Source: an uncultured archaeon (lineage in GTDB: Archaea; Thermoplasmatota; Penumbrarchaeia; JASLWR01). From it: a stretch of 29,438 nucleotides of DNA. Positions 1 to 8,509 of this stretch are shown here, in pieces. The notes under the pieces are model-generated. The model was not told where the DNA came from. It did no database searches and worked only from the letters and a program-made list of their open reading frames with translations. Location: NCBI GenBank assembly GCA_964430885.1, contig CAYSHM010000030.1, forward strand, positions 1 to 29,438, given 5' to 3'. Every line of letters begins with the position of its first letter. Within the stretch, counting starts at the first letter, position 1. The position numbers and the translations under genes are program-made.

Positions 1-55
1 ATGTATGTATGTATGTATGTATGTATGTATGTATGTATGTATGTATGTATGTATG
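1..55. repeat. (ATGT)n tetranucleotide microsatellite, 13 full copies plus ATG, running off the window edge
   Basis: Perfect ATGT repeat read directly from base 1 to 55. Confidence 0.97.
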
Positions 56-114
56 AATAAAAGAGTGTATTAATGCATATGTTTTTACAGCTAATGTCCC
101 GAAAAGGTTTTACC

Positions 115-705
115 ATGAACGAATCCAATGGTAATGTAATATCCAATGATCATTCAGAGATCATGGGTAAGATTATGGATACTCTGAAGGAAATCGAGTC
201 CTATCTAGATAGACTTGATGTTCATTTTCCCATCCAGTCCATTGCCTATTTGGAGATGAGGCAGCAGCTTCATATTGAGGGAATAATTGAGCATAGGGAA
301 TACATACTTGAATATTTAGAGAAGGGATACAGGTTTAAGAAGTTCTTCTGGTCTTTCATTGAAAAAACCTACAATGTTTTCGGCAGTGAGATGAAACGGG
401 ATGGTAATCACTTTTCGAATAGTAAATTCTTCAAGGCCCTTCAGATCGATTTCTATATGGCACTGTTCGATGTCAATAAGAGCACCTGGATTAAGCGTTT
501 TGATGATTATGTGCCCAGGATGAGAGAAATGACCGGTCAAAGCGGGGTTTATAAAGGTAGAAATGGCAAAAAATTCATTTCAGAGATCAAAGAGCGGTTG
601 GGCAATGAGATATCCGGTGCCTTGAAGTGGAGAGACGAATTCCTTGAAAACACCAAAAAAGCCCGTACCTATCTCCCTAAACTCCCTAAGCAAACCAATT
701 CTTGA
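115..705 (+). CDS. Hypothetical soluble protein (start 115 or 73)
   Basis: Long ORF with normal composition and no recognised motif. Its 3' end overlaps the fni 3' end by 20 nt. Confidence 0.65.
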   Translation: MNESNGNVISNDHSEIMGKIMDTLKEIESYLDRLDVHFPIQSIAYLEMRQQLHIEGIIEHREYILEYLEKGYRFKKFFWSFIEKTYNVFGSEMKRDGNHFSNSKFFKALQIDFYMALFDVNKSTWIKRFDDYVPRMREMTGQSGVYKGRNGKKFISEIKERLGNEISGALKWRDEFLENTKKARTYLPKLPKQTNS

Positions 706-1780
706 GCTCATTATGAAAGATCAATTTTGCCTTCCTTATCCGGGGAATATTCTTTGAGTTTGTTAGGAACATTACAGATCTTAGTTCATGGTTCATTTTT
801 TCAACAAAGCCTTCAACGTCTTTCTGTTCCTCCAGAGCTGATGGAAGTATAATTCCCGCGATACCAACCATATCCGCCCCCAAAGCCAGGAGCTTGAACG
901 CGTCCATACCGTTCCTTACACCCCCCGTGGCTATCATAGGCAGTATCCCTTTTGCTTTCTTTACCGAAACAGGTGTGGGAATTCCCCAATCCCAAAGCAG
1001 CATTCCCAGGCAGGATTTCTGCTCTCCTTTACAGGTTTCAATTACTTTTTTCTGCCTAAAATGCTCAACACCGCTGAATGTGGTTCCGCCTCTGCCGCCG
1101 ATGTCGACTCCAGCAGCGCCGGCCTTTTTGAGTTTCATGACTGTTTTTTTATCCATGCCGGCTCCTGTCTCCTTCACGATTACAGGAAAACTTCCAGATG
1201 CGGTCTTGATAACTTCCAATCCACCCCGGGCGATAAGATCACCCTCTGGCTGAACAACTTCCTGAAGATAGTTAAGGTGAATACATAGTGCGTCAGCTTT
1301 TATCATATCCATGCATCTGGAACATAATGAAATAATTCCTTCCTTCCCCTCCTTTCTTTGAGCCAAAATGAGCTGGGGAAGTCCTATATTTGCCAGTAGT
1401 AATTTTGGGGCATGATCAGTAATACAGGAGAATGAAGATTCCAGATCCTTGTCTTCCAGAGCACCCCTCTGGGAACCAACACCCATTCCAATATCCAATT
1501 CAGATGCAGCGCCTGCAAGATTACCATTCACCTTTTCGCCGGATTCACAACCCCCGGTTATTGCAGATATCATTAGAGGGCTGGATAGTTTCTTACCTAG
1601 AAATTCGGTGCTGATGTCGATTTCGTCGAAATCCATTTCTGGTACGGGACGGTGTACTATCTCAATGAGATCAAGAAAATTCCTAGAAGCCCTGACATTT
1701 TCCTCAAGACAGATATTGAGGTGCTCTTCCTTTCTTCTGTAAATAATGTCCCGATCTTCAGATTTACTATTTTCTTTCAT
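686..1780 (-). CDS. fni: Type 2 (FMN-dependent) isopentenyl-diphosphate delta-isomerase
   Basis: Motifs RRKEEHL, PLMISAITGG, MGVGSQR, HLNYLQEVVQPEGD, VIVKETGAG, GRGGT, WGIPT, IATGGVRNG. Directly downstream of IPK. Confidence 0.97.
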   Translation of the reverse strand: MKENSKSEDRDIIYRRKEEHLNICLEENVRASRNFLDLIEIVHRPVPEMDFDEIDISTEFLGKKLSSPLMISAITGGCESGEKVNGNLAGAASELDIGMGVGSQRGALEDKDLESSFSCITDHAPKLLLANIGLPQLILAQRKEGKEGIISLCSRCMDMIKADALCIHLNYLQEVVQPEGDLIARGGLEVIKTASGSFPVIVKETGAGMDKKTVMKLKKAGAAGVDIGGRGGTTFSGVEHFRQKKVIETCKGEQKSCLGMLLWDWGIPTPVSVKKAKGILPMIATGGVRNGMDAFKLLALGADMVGIAGIILPSALEEQKDVEGFVEKMNHELRSVMFLTNSKNIPRIRKAKLIFHNELKNWFA

Positions 1781-1829
1781 CTGACCGCCTCTTCTAATGT
1801 ATTTGGGTTATGATAGGATTTTTCGGCAG

Positions 1830-2627
1830 TTATTTAGTGACTCTTGTTCCAAAAGCTGTTCCTTCTATTAATAGATCCTGCAGTCTTCCTGGTACATTTC
1901 CGTTCAATATCCATACACCGCATTTCTCGGCCATGGATCTTATCTTTAGGGCCTTGCGCATCATATTTCCGGTAACGTCCTTTATCTCCCCTACGCTTAA
2001 ATTGGCGATACAATCCATAAGCTCTTCCCTTTCAATATTCTCCACCAGCACCTTTTGACCATTCACCTCACTATAGATGCCGTCCACATTTGTCATGAAA
2101 GCTACATTATCGAAGCAGTCCAGCTCAGTGACCAATACTTCCATAACATCATCACCGGAGCATATGGAAAACAATTTTTCTTCATCCATCACCACATCTC
2201 CGAACAGTAGTGGAACAAAACCTTTTCTAGCGAGTTTTTCTATTCCTTTGATATTCAGGGTTAGGGAGATAAATTTGTCATCACCTTCTTTCTTAACAAT
2301 GACCTCAGGGGGTATGATGTAAGGATTGAATCCCGTTTCTGTTAAGATATCGGCTGTTTTACCCGCTAGCTCCCTTACATCTCTCCGTATTCTACTCACT
2401 GCTTTCAGATTGACTTTAGGAACTCGGTTTCCCAAATGAATAGAGTGTTCATGGGCTAGGATATGACCGAAAGATCCGGCTCCTAGTACCACTATCAAAC
2501 CATCACAGCTTGATTTTTCAAATCCCTCTCTGATCTCATTTACCAGCCTAATAGTATTTTCTCTCTTGAAAACAGCATAGCTGGCCTTATCGGTGATCAC
2601 GCTTCCGCCGAGTTTGATTAGAAGCAT
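1830..2627 (-). CDS. ipk: Isopentenyl phosphate kinase (amino-acid kinase fold, archaeal mevalonate pathway)
   Basis: MLLIKLGGSVITDK, GAGSFGH, VPLLFGDVV, ICSGD, NVDGIY, DVTGNM. Start moved to ATG 2627 because the family begins at this motif. Confidence 0.93.
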   Translation of the reverse strand: MLLIKLGGSVITDKASYAVFKRENTIRLVNEIREGFEKSSCDGLIVVLGAGSFGHILAHEHSIHLGNRVPKVNLKAVSRIRRDVRELAGKTADILTETGFNPYIIPPEVIVKKEGDDKFISLTLNIKGIEKLARKGFVPLLFGDVVMDEEKLFSICSGDDVMEVLVTELDCFDNVAFMTNVDGIYSEVNGQKVLVENIEREELMDCIANLSVGEIKDVTGNMMRKALKIRSMAEKCGVWILNGNVPGRLQDLLIEGTAFGTRVTK

Positions 2628-2648
2628 GAATAGTTGATTGTCAGGGTT

Positions 2649-2656
2649 AATATAAA
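2649..2656 (-). promoter_or_regulatory. Putative TATA box of the ipk-fni operon (likely leaderless)
   Basis: Minus-strand TTTATATT about 22-29 nt upstream of ATG 2627. Confidence 0.5.
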
Positions 2657-2866
2657 TACCCACCGCAGAAATGTGAATCATATACATCTGCTGGAGTAGA
2701 TTTTACCAACCATTCCAAGCTTTTTGATAGATGGACATATTCAGGGAAACGTTAAATAATGGTTAATAGGATATGGATTTCCTTAAGAAATTAATCTGTT
2801 TCCTAACCTTATTCTTGTACTATATCTTATATCGTTATGGATATTGTAAAAAATTGAGGGATATAT

Positions 2867-3823
2867 GTGCCAGCTAAACAATCTAATCCGGGTAAGACCA
2901 GTCAAATACTTCATCAGGTGGCTATTGGAGTATTATTGCTGGTTGAACTGATGATAATGGTAATGCTTATCAAGTTCACTTCAGATGATACTTCCGACCT
3001 TACTGATGGAACGCTGTCGGTTTGCGGCCTGTGCATGCTTGTCCCTGCTTTCATTGCCTATCTGGTAGTAAGCGGGAGTATAACCCTTGCCAAAAGAGAT
3101 GTCTACGGTGAGACCCATGCAAAGGGAATCGTGGTTTCCTTTGTGCTGATTATCATATCGGCAGTAATGCTCCTTGTAGGATGGGTATTTTTCTTTCAGA
3201 TATTTGATGCAGACACCGGTTTAGCTTTCTACCTTGGTGTACCGTTTATAGTAGTGGCCTGGGCCTGGTTCTTCTTGATGAAAGAGGTGGGTGGAAAGAT
3301 ATTGTCTCTTTTTGGTGCTCTGGGTTATACAGCTGGAAAGACCATGTTTATAATAGGTCTGGTAGGGGTTTTTCAAGCAGCCGAGGAATCCGGCTCTTCA
3401 GCTCAGGATAAGCTCTGGATCCCCATTATCGGAACGGTAATATCCATGATCGGAGTATCCCTAATATTCGTTGCAGGATTCAAGGTAATGTCCTGGATGA
3501 ACGACCACAAACCCCTTATCGATACCGAGCAGAGGGCGATCATGGCAGCCCAGCAGCAGCAGATGCAACTTCAGCAGCGGCAATTGGCATTACAGCAGCA
3601 ACAGCTTTTGGAGACCCAAAAGCTTCAACATCAAGTGGGGCACAGCCCCCAGCCCGATATGCTGACCCACGATTCATCCGGAGCTTCTCCGCAGGGGGAA
3701 AAAGCATGTCTGTCCTGCGGTCAATTGGTGGATTCCAGATATTCCATATGTCCCTTTTGCCAGAAACCAGTCGCCGGTAAAAAACCTCCTGCGCCGAATA
3801 CGGGAAGCAGGGGCGCCTATTGA
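2867..3823 (+). CDS. Multi-pass membrane protein with Gln-rich coil and C-terminal zinc ribbon
   Basis: About 6 hydrophobic helices, then QQQQMQLQQRQLALQQQQ, then CLSC-x10-CPFC. GTG start with upstream GAGGG. Confidence 0.85.
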   Translation: MPAKQSNPGKTSQILHQVAIGVLLLVELMIMVMLIKFTSDDTSDLTDGTLSVCGLCMLVPAFIAYLVVSGSITLAKRDVYGETHAKGIVVSFVLIIISAVMLLVGWVFFFQIFDADTGLAFYLGVPFIVVAWAWFFLMKEVGGKILSLFGALGYTAGKTMFIIGLVGVFQAAEESGSSAQDKLWIPIIGTVISMIGVSLIFVAGFKVMSWMNDHKPLIDTEQRAIMAAQQQQMQLQQRQLALQQQQLLETQKLQHQVGHSPQPDMLTHDSSGASPQGEKACLSCGQLVDSRYSICPFCQKPVAGKKPPAPNTGSRGAY

Positions 3824-3838
3824 AGAGGTATTACTTAC

Positions 3839-5233
3839 ATGATACTGAAATCACCAGTAACTGAATCGATGAGGCGTTGGTATCTATTCATAGCTGTTTT
3901 TTACACGGTTTTATTTCTTCTTAGTCCAGGTATTCAGCCTGAACCCGAATCACAGTTATCATCATCCATATCATTATCGCAGAAATTATCTCCATTCGGA
4001 TGCGCAGCTGCCGATCAGAATTACTATGTAACCATGGAGATTATTATTGATTTTGAAACATCGGATTCGGGAACTTTATCAGTCTATTTCGGGACCCTCC
4101 CTTCAGCAGATATGCCGGAGGTCGCCCCTTCAGATATAGACATGAAATACATCACAGATAAGGTGTTCAGCTGGCTATGGGTGAGATTTTTCCAGGATAC
4201 GGACCCCGAAAATCTATCCGTTGACCAGCAGAATACTTTGTTTCAGAGAGTACTGTCAACTTCAAAAATACCCGTCATTGAGGATTTTCAATTGACCTTA
4301 TACCGAAGCCAAAAGGATGCCGGAGTCGGACTGGATTGCCATTTCGAAATTTTTGATCAAGGAGAAAAAACGGAGTATGAATTTCTAGATATTATAGATA
4401 CTTCCGACCTTGGAAAGATCATTGATCTGGGGGACCTCGGATCAAAATACATAGGTGGCAGGGATCTGATATCTATTTACATTGATATGAACTGCAATGA
4501 TCCCCTTTCCTTGACCCTAGAGGATGAATCCATGGATCATGTACGCACCAGAAAAGGTGAATCGTTTCAGCAGAGAACAACCTATGATGCCTTTCTGAGA
4601 ACTGAAAACGGGTTCATTGTTCACAGTGCTTCAGGAAAATCTCCTTCATTTGTTTTCATTATTTTCGTAATTTCTTTATCGGTGGGTTATTTAGGTTTGG
4701 GAATCGGGTCCATCTGGAAACGCTACAAAGGTTTAGACCTGATAATTCCAGGGATCACTTTTCTTCTATCTTCCCTGCTGTGGCTGGCATGGTTCTATCC
4801 GGGATTATCATTTTATTCCCTGGGGTCCTATACATATTACATAATGACAGCTGTATTTTGGGTACTGGTTTCGGTATGCTTAATCATAAGGCCTCTCTGG
4901 AGAAGCGGTAAGCGTGACTATGATAGCATGAAAAAGGAGGAGGATGAAGGTAATGTGGATTCAGTTCTGAAAGTACCCCGGATAGAGTTCGTCACTGAGA
5001 AGGTGGTATTGAAAGCGGAGTCGGAGGATCCCCGGTCTCATCGGGAAGTTCTAGGTATTGAAAAGGATGCGGATCTGGAAGTTGTGAAGAAGGCCTATAT
5101 TGAGAGAATGAAGGAATACCATCCTGACAAATATGATAATTCTCCGCCATTGATCAAAGAAGCAGCAAAAAAGGAAGCCTCGCGCATAAACGAAGCCTTT
5201 GAGGAATTAAAGAATGAATTTGGTGAGCGGTAA
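3839..5233 (+). CDS. Membrane protein with C-terminal DnaJ J-domain
   Basis: N-terminal signal/TM, soluble domain, about 3 TM helices, then EVLGIEKDADLEVVKKAYIERMKEYHPDKY...INEAFEEL with an intact HPD motif. Confidence 0.88.
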   Translation: MILKSPVTESMRRWYLFIAVFYTVLFLLSPGIQPEPESQLSSSISLSQKLSPFGCAAADQNYYVTMEIIIDFETSDSGTLSVYFGTLPSADMPEVAPSDIDMKYITDKVFSWLWVRFFQDTDPENLSVDQQNTLFQRVLSTSKIPVIEDFQLTLYRSQKDAGVGLDCHFEIFDQGEKTEYEFLDIIDTSDLGKIIDLGDLGSKYIGGRDLISIYIDMNCNDPLSLTLEDESMDHVRTRKGESFQQRTTYDAFLRTENGFIVHSASGKSPSFVFIIFVISLSVGYLGLGIGSIWKRYKGLDLIIPGITFLLSSLLWLAWFYPGLSFYSLGSYTYYIMTAVFWVLVSVCLIIRPLWRSGKRDYDSMKKEEDEGNVDSVLKVPRIEFVTEKVVLKAESEDPRSHREVLGIEKDADLEVVKKAYIERMKEYHPDKYDNSPPLIKEAAKKEASRINEAFEELKNEFGER

Positions 5234-5256
5234 TCCGGGCATCATTTTTACAATTA

Positions 5257-5796
5257 CTAATTCATATATGAAATATCAAGCATATGGGTTTTTTTCCTCA
5301 GAATGAATAATATAAGGAACAGCAGAATTCCCCCGGAGGTTGTAACAATAATATCAAATAACCCGTCCCAAATAAATTTATCCTGAAGGTGGACAGGGTC
5401 GGGTGCGATCTTTTCATCCAGAAATTCAAGGAGTTCCCAGAAGCATGCTGCGATAAATGTTATTGACACCGATACAGATCTTTTATGAATAATTTTATTC
5501 AGGCTTAATATCCAGTAGGCTCCAGCAGATATTGCCAGACCGGAGAACAAATGGCTGGGGATGTCAACCGGTGGATAATGCAGGTACAGATCATAAATCC
5601 TTATCCCTAGCTCCACGAGAAGAAATGCTATGGTCAGTATCAGAGCAAGAATAAAAAGAGAGTTATTCGGGCAGGAACATCTCTGTGCAAAACCGAGATC
5701 ACATACTTGAACTGGTGTATTTCCGGTGAATTTCCCACCATTTGTTCCTCCGCGGCTTGCAGCATTCGTAGTTGGGTCAGGTCTTGTCATTGTCAT
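5257..5796 (-). CDS. Small integral membrane protein (VanZ/DUF2238-like)
   Basis: About 4 TM helices with DIPSHLFSG, WELLEF and WDGLFDII motifs. Start uncertain. Confidence 0.7.
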   Translation of the reverse strand: MTMTRPDPTTNAASRGGTNGGKFTGNTPVQVCDLGFAQRCSCPNNSLFILALILTIAFLLVELGIRIYDLYLHYPPVDIPSHLFSGLAISAGAYWILSLNKIIHKRSVSVSITFIAACFWELLEFLDEKIAPDPVHLQDKFIWDGLFDIIVTTSGGILLFLILFILRKKTHMLDISYMN

Positions 5797-5928
5797 TTGC
5801 TCCCGAATTATTTTTCATATCCGTAAAATGATATGACTATTCCTAAATATTTTATTCCTATTATTTGACTATAGAATAGGATTGAAAGAACAGTATTGTG
5901 TATTGATTATTTATGGGGTGTCCCTCAG

Positions 5929-6477
5929 ATGAGATTCATGGGTAAGATAAGTCTGGAAAATGTAGTAGCTTCGGCCTTGATAGGTCATAGTATAGATCTG
6001 GAAAATGTTCATGAGAACCTTGAGGGTTCTGAATTCGATACCAACAAATTTCCTGCCCTGCTCTACCATCAAAAAAATCCCCGATGTCTTGTGATCCTGT
6101 TCGGCAACGGTAAACTGCTCTGCACAGGATTAGGCAGCATAGAGGATACCAAGAACACCATTCTCAAAATGATCAATCTGCTGAAAAGCTATGGCGAGAA
6201 GGTGGTGGATACGGTTAACATTGAAGTGGAATCAATGATAGCTTCAGTAGAACTGGGCAGGGAACTTGATATCGATCTGATACATAGATCGGGAAGGTTG
6301 AGCAATGTGGAGATGGCCACTGGGAAGGTCAATGCATTGATATATCGTCCTCCGCTTGAGGAGGTTACCTGTCTTTTCTTTCCGGGGGGTAAATTGGCCT
6401 TCTCAGGAGCAAAGAGCATAAATCAGATCGAGAGGATCATGGAGGATATTCAGTGCAAGATAGATATGGTGTTATGA
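5929..6477 (+). CDS. tbp: TATA-box-binding protein, divergent paralog
   Basis: Two-repeat TBP pattern: ENVVAS...KFPALLY...VILFGNGKLLCTG and ESMIAS...CLFFPGGKLAFSGAKS. GGGGTG RBS before ATG 5929. Confidence 0.85.
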   Translation: MRFMGKISLENVVASALIGHSIDLENVHENLEGSEFDTNKFPALLYHQKNPRCLVILFGNGKLLCTGLGSIEDTKNTILKMINLLKSYGEKVVDTVNIEVESMIASVELGRELDIDLIHRSGRLSNVEMATGKVNALIYRPPLEEVTCLFFPGGKLAFSGAKSINQIERIMEDIQCKIDMVL

Positions 6478-6647
6478 TCCCAAACCATCATATTGTTTCC
6501 TGAACCCCTTCTAATATATTCCCTCTTCGATTTTGGCTAGATTCATCTATATCAAACGTACGGGTTTTCAATAGGATCCCCCGGCGTGGTGATCCTCCAA
6601 TCTTTTAGGCCAAAAGTAATAAGTCATATGAGATTGATTTCGTTCCC

Positions 6648-8108
6648 ATGCGCATACTGCAGGTGGTTCATGATTTTCTTCCCAAACATAAAGCCGGGAC
6701 TGAAAGGTATACCCATGATCTCTCCCAGGGGCTTCTAAAACAGGGGAATGTGGCAATTATCTGCGGTGAACCGGATCCGGAAAGACCAAGGTTCGGATTC
6801 AAGGATACCATTTACAATGGTCTTCCGGTAAGGAGGATTTATCTGCCGAGGGAGAGGGAATACCTTGAGACCTATTTCAATCCTCGGATGAACAAGGCAT
6901 TTAATACTTACCTCGACAATTTCCAACCTGATATCATTCATTTACAGCATCTCGTTCATTTGTCTTTCTCATTTGTAGATATTGCAAAGAAAAGGGGGAT
7001 ACCGCTGGTAATGACCCTTCATGATTATTGGCTGATGTGCCCCAGAGGTCAGCTGATCAAAAAGGATTGGAGTGTTTTTCTGGACCATCGATCCAGGGTC
7101 AGCAGATGTGAGGAATCTGATTCGGTGCATTGCAGCAGGTGCATGTGTCCGCCATTCGGATCTATCATGAGGTCGAAATTGAATAGGATGATGTCCCATC
7201 CCCATTCCCTGGTCCAGGCTTTGAGTGCTTTGACCTCCCCTATTGTCACAGGGAAGAGGGAACGGGTCAGAAATATGTTCGGACCGGTGAAGGCGACATT
7301 ACAGGGGGTAACTTATCTAAGTGAAGAGGATATGAAGAAAAGAGAGCATGCGGTCAAGAAGTTAATAGATGACGTCTCCCTTTTTATTTCTCCTTCAGAA
7401 TTCCTGAGGGATATGTTTGTTAATTGGGGAATGCCGGAGGATAAGATAATTCATATTGAAAACGGAACGAGGGTGGTACCTTTTAATAATTACTCTGGAA
7501 AGGGTAAGCTTACTGAAAGGAAGGATAGTATTGAGGTATTGAAAAACATCACAGTCGGTGGAAAACCAATTACCTTTGGATTTGTAGGCAGTATAAGGTC
7601 CCATAAAGGAGTTCATGTTATATTGAAGGCTGCTGAAATCCTGTATCGCCAAAATGTCGGGAATGAGTTCAGGGTTGTTATTCATGGGAAAATTGATGAG
7701 AACCCCTCTTACAGTCAATATCTGAAGAAGAAAGCCAGGGGCAGGGATATTACTTTTTCGGGTCCATTTCCGGAATCCCGAAAACCGGAAATATACCGGG
7801 AGATGGATGTTCTTGTGGTACCGTCATTGTGGTTCGAGAACTCCCCTGTGACCATTCATGAGGCATTTGCTGCTGGAGTTCCGGTCATCGCTTCGAGGTC
7901 GGGAGGGATGAAGGAGCTTGTGGAACATGGAATGAATGGATTGCTGTATCCGATGGGTGACGCGGAAGGATTGGCGGAAAGCATGAAGAAGATAATAAGA
8001 GCAAAGGGAATTTTGGAAAAATTCAGGAGCAGCATACCCCCGGTGAAATCCATGGAGGAACATTGCAGGGAGATATTGGATATTTATGGCCGAATTTTGA
8101 AAAAATGA
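6648..8108 (+). CDS. Glycosyltransferase family 4 (GT-B fold)
   Basis: MRILQVVHDFLP..AGTE, PDIIHLQH, TLHDYW..CP, FGFVGSI..HKG, DVLVVPSLWFENSP.TIHEAFAAGVPVIAS..GG..E. Confidence 0.95.
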   Translation: MRILQVVHDFLPKHKAGTERYTHDLSQGLLKQGNVAIICGEPDPERPRFGFKDTIYNGLPVRRIYLPREREYLETYFNPRMNKAFNTYLDNFQPDIIHLQHLVHLSFSFVDIAKKRGIPLVMTLHDYWLMCPRGQLIKKDWSVFLDHRSRVSRCEESDSVHCSRCMCPPFGSIMRSKLNRMMSHPHSLVQALSALTSPIVTGKRERVRNMFGPVKATLQGVTYLSEEDMKKREHAVKKLIDDVSLFISPSEFLRDMFVNWGMPEDKIIHIENGTRVVPFNNYSGKGKLTERKDSIEVLKNITVGGKPITFGFVGSIRSHKGVHVILKAAEILYRQNVGNEFRVVIHGKIDENPSYSQYLKKKARGRDITFSGPFPESRKPEIYREMDVLVVPSLWFENSPVTIHEAFAAGVPVIASRSGGMKELVEHGMNGLLYPMGDAEGLAESMKKIIRAKGILEKFRSSIPPVKSMEEHCREILDIYGRILKK

Positions 8109-8155
8109 ATAATATGTATATTATGATGGTTTGAACACATTTCTCCAGAGCAGAA

Positions 8156-8494
8156 TCAAACTTCCAGACTGTCGTTCCCTCTGTACTCTGTCACCCGAAT
8201 ACCGTCATCCACCTTTATGGCCTTTCTTTTCATTATACGGTCCATCTTTTTCTGAAAAACCCTTTCCAGATCAACATCCAGGACCACACAGTGTCCAAGG
8301 AGGAGAATCAGGATATCGGCCAATTCTTCCTCAATATCCTCCCTTGCTTTACCCTTTGTAATGCATTCGGCCAGTTCACCCACCTCCTCCATCATGAGCA
8401 GCATCCTGAAATTCATATCTGATCCGTTATTATTCTTGAAATCATGTTTCTTATGAAAATGCCTTACCCTTTCGATCATTTCATTGATTTCCAT
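8156..8494 (-). CDS. MazG-like nucleotide pyrophosphohydrolase
   Basis: MMEEVGELAE...EEELADILI metal-binding motif. GGAGGTG RBS at 8501-8507 supports ATG 8494. Confidence 0.88.
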   Translation of the reverse strand: MEINEMIERVRHFHKKHDFKNNNGSDMNFRMLLMMEEVGELAECITKGKAREDIEEELADILILLLGHCVVLDVDLERVFQKKMDRIMKRKAIKVDDGIRVTEYRGNDSLEV

Positions 8495-8509
8495 GGAATT
8501 CACCTCCGT

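Noticed and set aside
1801-1808. Single ATTTGGGT copy between fni and ipk
   Set aside because: Isolated and unphased, with the opposite orientation relative to the downstream gene; likely chance.
813-2322. Short plus-strand ORFs antisense to fni/ipk, and similar shadow ORFs throughout the track
   Set aside because: Fully overlap well-supported genes and have no motifs; typical antisense or alternate-frame artefacts.
686-2627. ipk-fni cluster as a novel pathway
   Set aside because: Standard archaeal isoprenoid gene pairing.
3550-3605. CAG-rich repeat as a DNA element
   Set aside because: Imperfect and explained by the Gln-rich coding segment.
5834-5881. Short repeats (TGACTAT x2, TATTCCTA x2, TCCTATT/AATAGGA inverted) upstream of tbp
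   Set aside because: 7-8 bp matches in AT-rich DNA and not seen in other promoters; not distinguishable from chance.
6573-6596. AGGATC...GATCCT hairpin between tbp and the GT4 gene
   Set aside because: Only a 6-bp stem, with no tRNA-like or other recognisable RNA structure.
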